This document shows, piece by piece, positions 17,157-35,779 of a stretch of 64,000 nt of DNA. Position numbers and translations under genes: made by a program. This DNA is from the human T2T-CHM13v2.0 reference genome, Homo sapiens: assembly GCF_009914755.1 (NCBI RefSeq), contig NC_060929.1. The stretch is one strand, 5' to 3'. A model generated the notes under the pieces. The model saw only the letters and a program-made list of their open reading frames with translations. It was not told the DNA's origin and made no database searches. How positions within the stretch are numbered: position 1 is the stretch's first letter; every line of letters begins with the position of its first letter.

Positions 17157-17401
17157 CAGATTGAATAATCCTTATCCAAAATGCTTGGGATCAGAAATGT
17201 TCAAATTTTGGATTTTTTTCAGATTTTGAAATGTTTGCATTAAACTTACTGGTTGAGCATTCCTAATCTGAAAATCCAAATTCTGAAATGCTATAATGAG
17301 CATTTTCTTTGAGCATGACCTTTGAGTGTCATGTTGGTGCTCAAAAAGTTTTGGATTTTGAAGCATTTCAGACTTCCTTTGGATTAGGGATGCTCAACCT
17401 G
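17157..17401. mobile_element. Tigger4a-like (Zombi) Tc1/mariner MITE
   Basis: TA target duplications; terminal inverted repeats cagattgaataatccc / gggatgctcaacctg. Confidence 0.8.
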
Positions 17402-18416
17402 TATAAATAGAGGGAGAAGAAAGTGAGTGATAGGTTATGAAAGAGTCACCAGAAATGCTCTCTTTAGCCAAAATCTTTCTCCTTGGCTCTCAAAGGCATA
17501 TTGTCTATCACCATAGATTATGAATTGTTGGGTAACTTTGGCCTAAAACACTGCTTTGCTTTTAAAATACTCAATGAAAGATAACAGACAACTGTTTATT
17601 CACAATTTCAGAGTCCAAACAACTATGAAAACTGGATTTTTGTTTCTTAAATTTAGTGCCAACTCATTTGGTGGCAAAACCCAAACTGAACGGTTTTAAA
17701 GCTGTTTGTAATCTTATTCTATGCTGTGTGGATATGCATTAATTTTCTTGCAGAAATATTCATGGATTTCCATTATGGGTTTCTATCAGAGTAATGTTTT
17801 TCTAAAAGCTGAAAAATTGTCAATTCTGAAATATATCTGGCCCTAGAAATTAGAGTGAAGTTTTATGAACTTGCATTATAGTATATATAATAATTTGGTT
17901 TTAATTTGTTTATTGTGTTGCTTCTCTGGAGGATAGAAACATGAGAACCAATCCCTTAGTGAACAGGTCTTTGAAAAGAGAGCGGGAAGAAAAAAACCAT
18001 TTTGAACAGGGAAGCAGTTATATGGTGGCCAAAACAATTAGCATAAAGACTCTCAGTAGTCTACCTAGAGAAGAGGTACACCTTTTCTCTATTTTTGCCT
18101 GGGGAGTTGGCCTTCCTCAAAGATCTATGCTCTTTATGCTATCCTAAACTCTTCTCGTAATTCTTGTTTTGTCTTTTGTCAGTTACTAGGCCAGGTTTTT
18201 TTGTATAATCACTCTATTGCTTTTTATTGCAAAGCTTTTACTATTTTAAACGTAGTCACTGGCAGTCAAAGCTTCTTAAAAGAATTTATTCCTCTTAATT
18301 GGCTTCTGTCTAGCATTTTATTCCAAACAAAATGTGGTATTCTTACAAAAATATAATATTTGATAATGTTTCTTGCTTTCCCAGTATAAGTTCTATAACT
18401 TCTAACATAGAACACC

Positions 18417-18771
<355 letters not shown>

Positions 18772-19149
18772 TAGAGTCTGGTTGGAAAGTAGGATGTCTA
18801 TGCTAAGACCAAGGTTTAGGGATTAATATTTCCTGGATGAAGATACATTATCTTTATAATTAAGAAGTAATTTTTAAACTATTTGAAGTGCATTGGCATA
18901 GTGAGATACAGTCTCTTTGCTCTTATTCTACTCATGTGTTAATCCACTGATTTCCTGCAATTATTTTAAATAAGCAAAAATCTTCTTCTTTTCACTGAGA
19001 CGTCCTTTAGCTGTGTGTACTTTAGGCCTCTACCTTGATGAAGTTTATCTCTTTGGAAAAGATGGAGTTCTTTTAAAAATGGAATTGACCACAGAGTTCT
19101 TTATAAAATAGTCTCATAAGTAGATCCTTAAAGAATCAAAATAATTTCA

Positions 19150-19305
<156 letters not shown>

Positions 19306-20158
19306 TCAATAGAAGTACAGTATGTTCTAGGATTGATGAAAAGCTATTAGAATTATGGCACATAATTGTGAAATCTCTTGTTTTTAACAACCTATTTGTT
19401 TTTCAATGCCCTCCCATCCTCTTTGTTTCCAAATCTTTAATGATGTCCAATGCTTTCTTTGCTTCTTATTACATTTGTTTCATTTTGTTTAAAATGTTAG
19501 GTTCCATAGTGGTTTCAATATATCATTCCTGGTGGATCAGATCTAAATATTGTGAGACTGCTTCATATTCATCTGCTGATTCTTCAGTAAATCAAAGTGC
19601 TAACTGAATGTTAAAAAACTATACTATACTATGCAAAAATGAATTTTTGTATTTTAGCAAGTCTAAGATATCACCAATTTTATCATGCACCATTATTTCA
19701 TATTGCACCAAAAAATAGTGGCTAATTATAATTAAAGATTCATTCAATTGTAAGATGCATTCAGTGTTATGAAAATATGTACTTTCTGGAATAAAATATG
19801 GCAATTCGTTAAATTCCGCTTTTTTGTAAACGTATCAATCTCTAGAGAATTGTGCACTCCCTCCCACCCACCCCTTGATATTGGACCATTTAATCAACCT
19901 ACAAGAGCTTCTAAATTTGAACTTTAATTCTCAAAAATTCTACTCATTCTTCTCAACTGGGTGCATCCATAAATGTTACGAAAGAAGAGAAGTAACTAAA
20001 GATGCCTGTTGAAAGGAATTGTAGATTGTGGAAGATTAAGAAGACAGAATTTCATTTGCACGTGATGTTATATAAGCATCCAAAAGACATAGGATAGGAT
20101 TAGAGAGTGCATAGGCTTCAGTCTGCTTCTTGGCATGAAATAAACCATGTTGGCTTCA

Positions 20159-20317
<159 letters not shown>

Positions 20318-20499
20318 TCATTTTCATCCTAGGTAAAATACTTGTGAATGGGAGGAGGGAAATTCACCATGAAGATTATCCAAGGCACTCTTCAGTTGGT
20401 AATTTGATTTTATTACGTCCATGCTTCTTCAGTATCACAGAATTAATTGAGCAGTTTTGTTCATAAGAGAGCTTGCTGTGCCTAGGCCACTTCTGTTCA

Positions 20500-20700
20500 T
20501 ATCTGTGAATGTGGCCTTATTTAAAAATGAGGGTCTTTGCAGATATAATGAAGTTAAGAAGGTTATTAGAGTGGGCCTGAATTTAATATGACTGGTGTCC
20601 TTACAGGAAAAGGAGAAGAGACATGGGGCACAGTGAGAACACCATGTGAAGATGGAGGAAGAGATGGCAGTGATGCTTCCTCTGCTGTGAGAGCTGCAAT
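20500..20700 (+). mobile_element. MLT1 LTR fragment
   Basis: gtgaatgtggccttattt...gggtctttgcagat...atgactggtgtcctta. Confidence 0.7.
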
Positions 20701-21496
20701 TGTTGAAGCAAGGAGGGGTGAAAAAAGGCCTGGTTGGAGGACAGTGGTTTATTCTAGAAAGCATCAGGGGTAAGGTGAATTAGTTAGCTAGGCAGGGGTC
20801 GGGGAGAAGAAGAAAGTATAGAGACAAAGGGGCCAGTCAGGAGAGAAGTAGAAAGGTATGCATACACATGACAGAAAGATATGCAAGGAGGTAGAAGTGA
20901 TGTAGTATTTGGGGGAGTGCAGAGGTCCAGGAGGTATTGGATTGCTGCTGTCCCTCCTCCTCAGGGACTGTATGGGAGCATAGTTTTGTATTCTGACCCT
21001 GGGATTTTGGTGCCCCCCGTGCATCCCATGTCAGGCCTTCTAATCAGGTGATATAATGTAAGGCCAAGATAAAAAAGGATAGAGTGAAGGACAGAGAGAG
21101 AGAGACGGAGTGACTGATGGTTAAAGAGGTGTAGACACTAAGAGATGACCAGGAAGAGAAAAGGGTGACTTTGGTTTGACACAGACTCAAATAATCTCAA
21201 ATACCAAAAAAAAAAAAAAAAAAAGAAATTTCCTATTTTTAGGATTGTCAACTCACTCCAGTTTTCCAAGGACTTCCTTGGTTTGAGAACTGAAAATTTT
21301 ATCTCCCTGGACCTATCCCAGTCGTGGGAACCCTGGCATCATTGGCCATTCTTCCCGTCCTGCTCCTCCTGGGAACTTGTGGGGAGAGGGGCAGGCACAG
21401 AAAACTGTGAGCTAAAGAAACAGTGTGTGTGTTTGTGTGTGTGAAAGTAAGTTAATGTGACAGTTTGCCCTCCTTTTACCATTGTCATCATCATCA

Positions 21497-21792
<296 letters not shown>

Positions 21793-21977
21793 CTAAAGTG
21801 GAAACTCCCACAGGTTAGTTGGAGGCTGCCAGGGAAGCAGCTGCACAGGATGTGGAAGGCAAATAATTGTGTTTTGAGAGAAAAACAAGCTCCTCATCTT
21901 CCTGCAGTTACAAGTTTTCTTGAATGATTCTGGCCCCTTCCACCCTGTTCAGTGCCTCAGCAGCTTGGAATGAATGA

Positions 21978-22305
<328 letters not shown>

Positions 22306-22494
22306 CAGAATGAACGTTCTTAATCCGTTTCTGAAGTTCCCATCATCCAGCGATACAATCTTTTTCCTACCTCATATTCCTCAAGAGATATTGAAAGTCA
22401 GCTGCCCAAACAGGAGTTTAAGCTCCTTAGGGTCTTTTGAGACTTAAAAGCCTCCCGGAGGGTTGCATGCGGGTTCTCTGATTCAGTTCCTTTA

Positions 22495-22689
<195 letters not shown>

Positions 22690-22896
22690 TTATGTTTTTC
22701 ATAGGTTTTCAGAACACCAGGAGCTTTAGGTACTCCTGAAAACTTTCCTCACTGCTTTCAGCCAAGAAATAATTCTTTAAATTCTTTAAAATCTTTAAAA
22801 AATGTTCAGGTTAAGATCATTGCATGGGACAGAGCTATATTTGTATTTACATATGTATTTATACTGATACTCATTTCAATACTTGCCCTTCTCTCC

Positions 22897-23165
<269 letters not shown>

Positions 23166-23212
23166 TAGTATATTAAGCAATCTAGAACTTACCTCATCTT
23201 AAAGAACCTTCA

Positions 23213-25200
<1,988 letters not shown>

Positions 25201-25969
25201 ATTGAATTTGTTTTCCAGGTGTCTTGAAGAAAAAACTTCCCTACAGGATATTTTTAAAGTTCCATGTTGCTAACGATTTAACTACCTCAGGATGTTAAAA
25301 AATAAATGCTTTAATAGTTTAAAGTGTTGAAAAGAAACTAAACTAGAGAAAGCTGCTAAGTGTTAAACCTTTTATAATAAAGCAATGAAGAGACCTAAAT
25401 AGGATACCATTTAGCCTGCTTAAAAAAACTATAGCAATTAAGCAAGATAAAGGGAATATACTTTTAAAGCAAGATACATGTGAATGCACTTTGTAATTTA
25501 TTCTTTACAAGGACAAGGCACTGCAGTATTTTGAAGCAGCCAAGAATATTCTTTAGATGTTATTTTATTTAATCATGATATTCATAGACACAAGAAGCAC
25601 CTGTGGACTGCTATTTTTTCCTAATTAGTGACTCAGCTCATATATGAGTTTTAATACATAAAATGTGAAATATCTAACTTTCTGGGATTTTTACTCATTT
25701 TATCTTATTGATTGTTCTTTCCACATACTGAAATGTCAATTTCATGAGTGTGGGATTTTGGTTTATTTAATTCCTGCTACAACCTCGGCATCTGGAATAG
25801 TGTCTGGCATGTCATGGGGATTCAATAAACATTAACTGAAATAATAAATAAATAGGGATTTGAAATAGGTGGGAAAAAAGAAAAAATTGATAAATCTCAT
25901 AAAATACAACCAATGGCTTCCAAAAATACTGAGCCTAATTATCATGTCACAAAGAGAAGAGAAATTTCA

Positions 25970-26975
<1,006 letters not shown>

Positions 26976-27734
26976 AAATCTTAGGACTGCCAAAATACCA
27001 TTTGGGCCACGAATCCATATATATTTGCATGAAATGCATAAAATAATAATATTATTTTCTTCAGCCCTTGTGTGCCACTTATTTTGCTAGATGATAAAGA
27101 AAATTAATTAGTCCATTCTTCAGGGACTCCTCACATTCACAAAATACCCTGGAAAGGACCCTGAGCATGTTATAGCTGTAGAGCCGGCCATTTATTGGCT
27201 CATTCACAGTCTCTCCAAACTCCTTATAATTTCTTTAAGAATCTCTTACTATACTTTATAATAGTTTATTTCTTGGTGTATGTGTGTGTGGCTGTGTGTG
27301 TGTATGTGTGTACATGTGTGTATGTTTCTAACTGACCTGTAAGCAACCTGAAGTAAGGGATGATGTCTTGCTGGTTCATGGTATGTGAAGCAGCCAGCAC
27401 AATGTCTGCTAATTTGCTGATTGATCAAATGACTAGGTATGGATGAATGGCTGGATGGCTGAATGGCTGGATGGATAGATAGCTATTACATTTGATACCT
27501 TTTCTTTAGTGGCAGTCAGGCAAAAAGGTGATTTAAGATCAAAGGGCACTTAGATAATTTTATAACACAGAGAATTCCCTTAGTAATGTTCATGAGGATT
27601 TCTAGTTTTATTTAATTTTACATTCTTGGTTGTTAATATTAAAGGTAGAAATGCTGTTAGAGGCTCCAAAGTTTATTTGCAGGAACACAGTGTTAGCTAT
27701 GATAATGAGTAGGAATAGTAAAAAGTATTGAAAG

Positions 27735-27990
27735 TGGGTTAGTGTAGTATAGCTGCACAGGTCCTTGAGTCAGACTGTCATAGTTGACAGTCTTGGCTCT
27801 GCCATGTACTGGCTGTGTGACCTAAGGCAAGCTGTTTGAAACTTTCTAAGTCCAATGTTCTCACTTGTAAAATGGTGGAAAAAATGTTACCCATCTCATG
27901 TGGTTGCTGTGAGAGTTAAATGAAATAGTAATCTTAAAATACCCAGGGCAGTGTCCAGGCACATAGCAAGTTCTCAATATATATCAGATA
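27735..27990 (+). mobile_element. MIR
   Basis: ggctctgccatgtactggctgtgtgacct...tgtaaaatgg core. Confidence 0.75.
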
Positions 27991-28574
27991 AAAATATTAC
28001 TTTGATGACAGAACAAGAAGAAATGGGAAAAATGGAATGGAAGAGCCTTTGTTTCTAGGTAAAGAAGACATTCCTGACAGCGTGGGCTTTTAAATTACAA
28101 AATAGTAGTGTTAGGTTATGTTGGAAGTGGAAGGGAACGTAGCAATCACTTATTCTGATGTTTTTAGAGTTGAAACTGGGACTGAGAGAAGGGCAGGGTC
28201 ACCTGGTGGCTCAGTGGCTGAGCAGAGACAAGAGACCAGGTCTCCAGTCTCATCCAAGAAACTTCCCTGTACACTGCAAACACTGCTTCCTAGGAATTCC
28301 AGGGCACGTTCTTCTCTGTAGGCTCTTGATTTCTGTGACATATTTCAGTTTGGGGTAGAGGAGTTTGTGACCACAGTTTGCTTGCCTATTTTTCTTGATT
28401 TTATGATTGCTTGTAGTTTGATTACTTTGTTTAGTTATCATTATTACAATATTACATTATAATCAGATGCCAAAATTTAACCTATGCTAAGAGCTGGTAA
28501 GTGCTGACAATCATTGCCAAGAAAGTGTCGTCCAGTTAGAGAAGGAGGTCAGTCGAAATGTAAGTTGTACAGGG

Positions 28575-28812
28575 CAGTGAGGAGTGTAGACTGGGTGTTC
28601 CCACAGACCTGGGTTTGAATCCCACCTCTATATCTCATTGACTGTGTCACCATTTTGGGAAAATTCTTTACTTTCCTTGAACCTCAGTTTTTCCTCTATA
28701 CAATGGGCAAATAGTACTTATCTTGCAGAATTTCTGTGATGATTGAATGAGATAACTCCCTGCTGAGGACTTTCCATGTGGTAGGCACTCAATAAGTGGC
28801 AGCTATTATTAT
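28575..28812 (+). mobile_element. MIR
   Basis: acctgggtttgaatccca...cctcagtttt...gcactcaataa...tattattatt. Confidence 0.75.
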
Positions 28813-28890
28813 TCAAAAGGACAAGATTGGAGTTAAAGGGAAAACAAGACTTTTGCTTAATTTGTAAGACAGTTCACAGCCTGGTTTTTA

Positions 28891-29052
<162 letters not shown>

Positions 29053-29277
29053 TTATCTTCTCAAATTTGGGGTTCTGTGACTCCAAATCAACAAGAAGCA
29101 TTTCAGGGCTGCACGGAGGAGGCAGATGAGGTGTAGTAGAAAGATGTTTCTATAATTCCGCCATCTCTACCCCACCTTAATACCAGGCTGTAGTTAGATA
29201 ATCAAGGAAGGGCTGGTTGAAAATAAGGTTCTAGCTACACAGCCACTTGTACCTCTTGTTAAGTGGCAGTCGCTTAT

Positions 29278-29315
29278 TTGGAAGGCAGCTATGCTCACCA
29301 CTATACCACCAGTGC
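29278..29315 (-). pseudogene. 5'-half tRNA-Gly(TCC) tailless retropseudogene
   Basis: Minus strand reads GCACTGGTGGTATAGTGGTGAGCATAGCTGCCTTCCAA, 36/38 identical to the recalled tRNA-Gly-TCC 5' half; ends just after the anticodon. Confidence 0.85.
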
Positions 29316-29632
29316 TGCCAGCAATTGCTTAGTTGGATAATTAATTTATTAATGTCAATCTCTCCCACCAGATCTTTCCTGTATCCCCAAAGTATATGTA
29401 AACATATGTAACAGGTGATTCCTAAATATCTGTTAAATAAAGTAGTGTGGAAATAAATGGTAGGGATCCTTATTTCATGTAAGTGTTCAGTGGTTTATAG
29501 AATACACCTTACAGAAAATGTGCTTCTGCAAATGCAAAGCTGGATGAAGGGGAAGGTGAGGATGGGAGAGTGGCCAAATTCAGAGCAGTCTGGACTAGTG
29601 GCTGGGCAGCAGAATCATCCATGCTCATTTTA

Positions 29633-30004
<372 letters not shown>

Positions 30005-30029
30005 CTAGTCAGCATAATATTTATATATG

Positions 30030-30165
30030 CATTTATTTATTTTTAAAATTATAGATTCAGGGGGTACATGTGCAGGTTGGTCACATGGTTCAACTGTGTA
30101 ATGGTGAGATTTGGGCTTCTAGTGAACCCTCACCATTCCTCCCACCTTCTGTTCTTTTGGAGTCT
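30030..30165 (-). mobile_element. L1MA-like 3' terminal fragment
   Basis: tttttaaaattatagattcagggggtacatgtgcaggtt...gggcttctagtgaaccc. Confidence 0.7.
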
Positions 30166-30497
30166 GCAAAAACGTCTACTGACCCCCAAATCTGCAAGAA
30201 CACTATTAAAACCAGTTTTTAAAAGTGCAATCAAGTTACCTCTGCTTTCCCAGCAACTGACACCTACCAAGAATCTTTCACCATGGTTTTCTAGCAGCCT
30301 GTTCTCTACTATACAGCCACACTATTTATAAGCTCCTCTAGCGTTGGGACGAAGGGAGAACAGGCTGTTACAAAACCATAGTGAGAAACTCTTGGTAGGT
30401 GTTAGTAGCTGGGAAAGCAGAGGTAATTAGAGTGAATTTAAAACGCTGGTTTTAATAGAGTTCTAGTAAACTTGGAGGTCAGTAGCTGTTTTCTTGC
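30166..30497. repeat. Long inverted repeat (~140-bp arms, 49-nt spacer)
   Basis: For example ttacctctgctttcccagc (left arm) pairs with gctgggaaagcagaggtaa (right arm), and acacctaccaaga pairs with tcttggtaggtgt. Confidence 0.93.
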
Positions 30498-31489
30498 TGG
30501 TTGATCTGGTACCATGAACACAAGACTTACATTTTATGTTTAAGTGATGCAAATTACTGTGGTTGAAAGACTGAAAGCAAAAGTGAAAGGAAATGGGCTA
30601 GGAATTGAGAACTTTGGTTTTGATGTTAATCTGGCCTAATAATCATGTCCAGTATTGGTGGTATTGGGAAAGATTTCTGATTTTGGTGATGGCGAACTAG
30701 GTAAATTTGATCAAATCCCCTCCTGAGGAAAATACAAAGGACCCAGATAAGATATTAAAAATATATACTCATAAAACCATCAGCAAACTCACAATATAGG
30801 TTGGAATGAATTACTGAGTTGAGGCCTGAAAAAGATTATTGATCTAGAGAGATAAGCCCTGCATTTGAGACTGTTTTGTTGCATTTTGAAGCAATAGTCA
30901 GAGTTCAGGGCCAACCAGTGGTGAGACTCTGGTCATTCCACCTCTTGTCTTTTGGGATAAGACACCAAAGGGCTGTGTTCAAATGAAAAGTTAAATTGGT
31001 ACTCTCATGAATGACAATCGAATTCTAAGTTATAGAAGAGACCCAGAAATCTCAAACCCTGAAAGCAATCATAAATTGTTAGTGCCCTTGGCAGGAACAA
31101 GTAATACTTCTTTCTGGAAGAAATAACATCATCCTAGGATTCAAATTACTTCTACAAATTATTATTTTTTTGCTATGTTGTCTATCAGACAATCTAAGAT
31201 AGTAGGTACATAAAGAAATAAGTCATATAGAAGCCAAGAAAATTGGTTTCTAGTTATGTTACTAGTTGTCAATAGACAGCTGTGTTACTTTGAAAAAAAC
31301 ATATCTCTAATGGTGAACTTCCTCATCTAAAAGGAGGTTGGATAAAATCACCTTTAAAATCATTCTTATCTTTGCCTCAGTTTCCTCATCTGTGAAGGAG
31401 TAAATATCAGGCATTATAACGATATCCAAGTTACCACAAAGAACAAATACAAGTGATTTGTGGTCCTGGCAACAGTGTAGAAGAGCTTA

Positions 31490-31783
<294 letters not shown>

Positions 31784-31810
31784 TCATATTATATGTCTTA
31801 ATTGAGGCTT

Positions 31811-32114
<304 letters not shown>

Positions 32115-33249
32115 TTTAATTGAGGCTTTCTGAACATAACATGCATCTTTAGGAGTCAAAGGCTACAGAGCAAAGTCAATTCTAAAAACTATTTTAACTT
32201 GGCTATATTTCTATGGCAAGATCTAATTGACAACCAGGAGAGGCTACCTGCCATTCCATGTCTTTTGAAAATCACTGTTGTGGGACACTCAGGGGAATGG
32301 AAATGCCTGTCAGCTTAATTGCTGCCCTTACTATCAGGGAGTGATATGGTACTAGGGAACACACTGTAACTCCCCAAGAGGCTGCTAGGCTATGAAACTG
32401 GATCCTAAGGGACATTTACAGGCCCTTGTTTCATTCATGCCTCTGCAGACAGAAAGTTGTGGACATTTTAGACAGGGCCTCCAGTTGTGTGGCTTGACTA
32501 GATGCCCTGTGTGAGGAATTGTAAATCTTTTAGGTGGCTATGTGTCCTCTGGATGATGAAAGAGAGACTGGTGTACTGAAATCTCCAACAGCTTCAACAT
32601 GCACCTCCAGCCACTCCACCCATGCTTAAGTTGTTAAATAGCATCCTTTGCATTACTCCTCAGGGCTGGTCCTTGGGAAGTCTGAGAATAATGCATAATT
32701 TTTCTTTGCTTTCTTCCCTGTATTTTCTGGGCCTGCCTAACTATCTCTGTGAGTCCTTTTCTTGCTCCATGTGCTTACTATCCTGTCTGCAGGCCTTGTT
32801 CTTTGGCAAGGCTACCATTTATGGAGCTCTCACCACATTCCTGGAACTGTGCCAGACTCATTATCTGGAGCATTTTATTAACGCTCACAAGTCCCTGTCT
32901 TAGGTACCACAAATATATTCATTTTATAGATGAGGAAATTGAGTCCCAGGGAGCTTAATGTAGTTAGTGTTACGTACTGATGCTACAATTTGAAACCAAC
33001 AGTCTGAATTTTAGCTGGCACCTTAACCTCTTGGTTATGCTGGCTATTATTATTCTTTAACTAGACTCATCATAAAATAACTAGGAAGTGCTTGTTAAAA
33101 ATATATATTCTCTGATCCCTTTACTGGAAATTCTCCTTCAATGTTTCTGGGATCCGGAGGTTATTCTCTTAAGTGATTCCCAATGTTTGAGAAATAGTGT
33201 TCTTTCGGAAAGGTGACTTCTACTGAGAGATTAATGTAATGGTTTTCAA

Positions 33250-33406
33250 CCGTACCTAAATGTTTGGATTACCTCCAGGTGCTTAAAATGCCCAAGCTTT
33301 TCACAGACTGATCCAATCAGAATCCCTGGTAGTAGGGCCTGGGTGTTGATATTTTCCCAAAACTCTCTAAGGGATTCTAATATATGGTCAGGGTTGAGAA
33401 CCACTG
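33250..33406. mobile_element. MER5A-like hAT relic
   Basis: aatcagaatccctgg...gattctaat...agggttgagaaccactg. Confidence 0.65.
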
Positions 33407-34138
33407 AATTAAGAGATAAAGGTATAGGCACTGCCCTTCACAAGGAGACAACACTGAATAATGATTAGGAACATTTTTTTTTGGAGTCAGATGGGCTTGC
33501 TTTTGGATATAGTCCTGTTGTTCTTAGTTGAGCAAGTCATGTAACTTCTCTCTGCCTAATTTTTTCTCAGTTATCAAATGGAAATAGCAATAACTACCTG
33601 ATAAAATTGTTCTGAGGAGTGAATATTATACAATACACTGTTGTTTGGAAAATATCTAGCATTTTACTTCCCAGATAAGTGTTCGATGAAGGGCAGTTAT
33701 TTCTTTTATTTTATAAAAGGTTGTTGAAATGTGAAAAGCCTTCAATTCTTAGGTAAACTTCTAGCTGTGAAATAGCATTATAGATGAGCAGGGAAGAGCT
33801 TTTGGGATTTTTGTAACAACCCTCAAATTATAAAAGAAACAGTCTCATCCACATGTTTGTAAGTCTGACATACACCTTTCAACATCTGCCTGTATAAAGT
33901 TATAAAAAGGAACTTTTTTTTTGCTATTTTCTAGACATAGATGCTGTGATTCTTGAAATGCCAAATATCATTGCTTAAACATTACAATGACTTTCATTAC
34001 AACTGCATTTACTGAAAAATCTAATGCCATGTAACAAGCCAGAGAAAAATGAGAAAGTTGAGACAAAGAAAAATATATACGAAATGTTGCAACAAGAAGA
34101 CTGAAAAAGGGAAAAAGATTTTTCTCTGTTTTCCCTAC

Positions 34139-34200
34139 CTTGTTAACAATATCTTCCTTGTTCAGCATGCCAAGAGTGAGGTTAATATCCCCAAACATCT
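34139..34200 (-). CDS. MROH2B: MROH2B exon 2 (EMFGDINLTLGMLNKEDIVNK)
   Basis: ttttag acceptor, AAG|GTAGGG donor, 62 nt. Confidence 0.95.
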
Positions 34201-35272
34201 CTAAAACGTACAGAAAAATATGAATTGAAATATATGCTGAAATGCCCTCCTGTTAATTATTTTGTAATCAACACAGAAAGTTCATTCATTCATTTATCCT
34301 CTCTCTCTCTCTCTCCCTTGACTGCTAGCTCTTTGATGGCAGGAACTGTTTTATTCATATCCATGACATAAATGAAACTAGCAGATGCTAAGTTATTATT
34401 ATTTTTGAAACCTGAATCAAATGTGAAAGGGAAGATAAAAGATGCCGGATTCCTATGTATCCCTCCAGGCAAGTGGGCATTGCCTTGTAAATTCTCTCTT
34501 GCAGGATTTAGCTCTCAGAGTCAATGAGGTGAATTTCTCACTCCTGACTTAAGCATTAGAAGGCAGGGGTGCAACATAGCCGTTTATTTTTCACTGGTCC
34601 TCCCCTCAATACCTCTCCCATCTTCTTTTTCCATACCCTTTTCAACTCCACCTATTCTCCTGTGCCTGCCAACTCCCTCTTTTGGTCACATGCTAATGAA
34701 GGCTTCCTGTTTTCTGACAATGACCTAAATGTGTTTGACTTGCATTTTCTAGGAATATATGTTTTTGAATAAAGCACTCTAGAAAACTGGAAAAAAAATT
34801 GAGTCAAAGGAATTGAGCAATTTCAAGCTACATGGCAAGTTGGTAGGAGAAATACTTTTAGAGATGAAGATTTCTTATTAACCTCCACACCAAACAACAT
34901 ACTCATTTAGGGCAATCTTTTTGGCAAAGTAGAAAGGCAGCCATACCTGGAAATTGGGAGAAATACTTCCAAAGGACTCTTCTAGTATTTAAAATTAAAT
35001 AACAAACTGCCTTTCTTTGATATGTAGCCACTTTCTCCTCAGGTAGACTCTAAATTTTAAAGCACAACCATCTCTTAGGCTTCCAGTCTATTATTGGTCC
35101 TTCACAATCAGCATGATTTTATTATGTATTTAGCATACCATTTCATAAATCCTTTGAGGTGTACAGTCCTCCCACAATGACGCGCCACTCCCAGCCCTCA
35201 TATATACTTATAATTCCACAGAAACAAAACACAGGGAAGAGCCTTGGCTTCTCAGGATCTGATGATGCTTAC

Positions 35273-35300
35273 CTATGGATTCCTCTGTACTAAGTGTCAT
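35273..35300 (-). CDS. MROH2B: MROH2B exon 1 coding part (MTLSTEESI)
   Basis: ATG at 35300 (GACATGA), 28 nt, donor G|GTAAGC. Confidence 0.92.
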
Positions 35301-35779
35301 GTCTTGGCTGTTTCAGGGTCTCTAAAAGATAGCACCTAAGTATTAGAAATAGTAAGGCTAAAAAATCAAAGAGGCAGGTTGGCAAGTTTCTCATATAAGG
35401 TTCACATAAGCCTCTCTAAATGAAAGTGCCTCCTCCACTTGATTGGCACAATGGTCTGGGAGCTTCCAGAGATGGGCTTGCTGTTGAAGTTGATACTGTA
35501 TTCTACCACTATGACATTGTCTTGTGTCTGAACTCCTGCTAACCAACAAAATGGCTGCATCTCACCAAATATTGTCCCTTTGGTGACCAGAGTATTTGGG
35601 AAAGAAGTAATTAGAGACTGGGATTCAAACCATTGTTGCAGACCAAAGGTGCTCCTCTCCCTAAACTTGAGTCCATTGATCACAAATTCAGGAATGGTTT
35701 TCAGTAGTTGCTTTACTGTCCTGATGTTGGGAAAGGCTTTATGGTGAACTCGTTGATTGTTACACTTAGTGAAAATCAG

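Noticed and set aside
27278-27480. Degenerate (TG)n and (TGGA)n runs
   Set aside because: Common simple repeats associated with an L2 end.
29278-29315. Functional tRNA-Gly gene
   Set aside because: Only the 5' half is present, with no T-arm/B-box or 3' acceptor stem.
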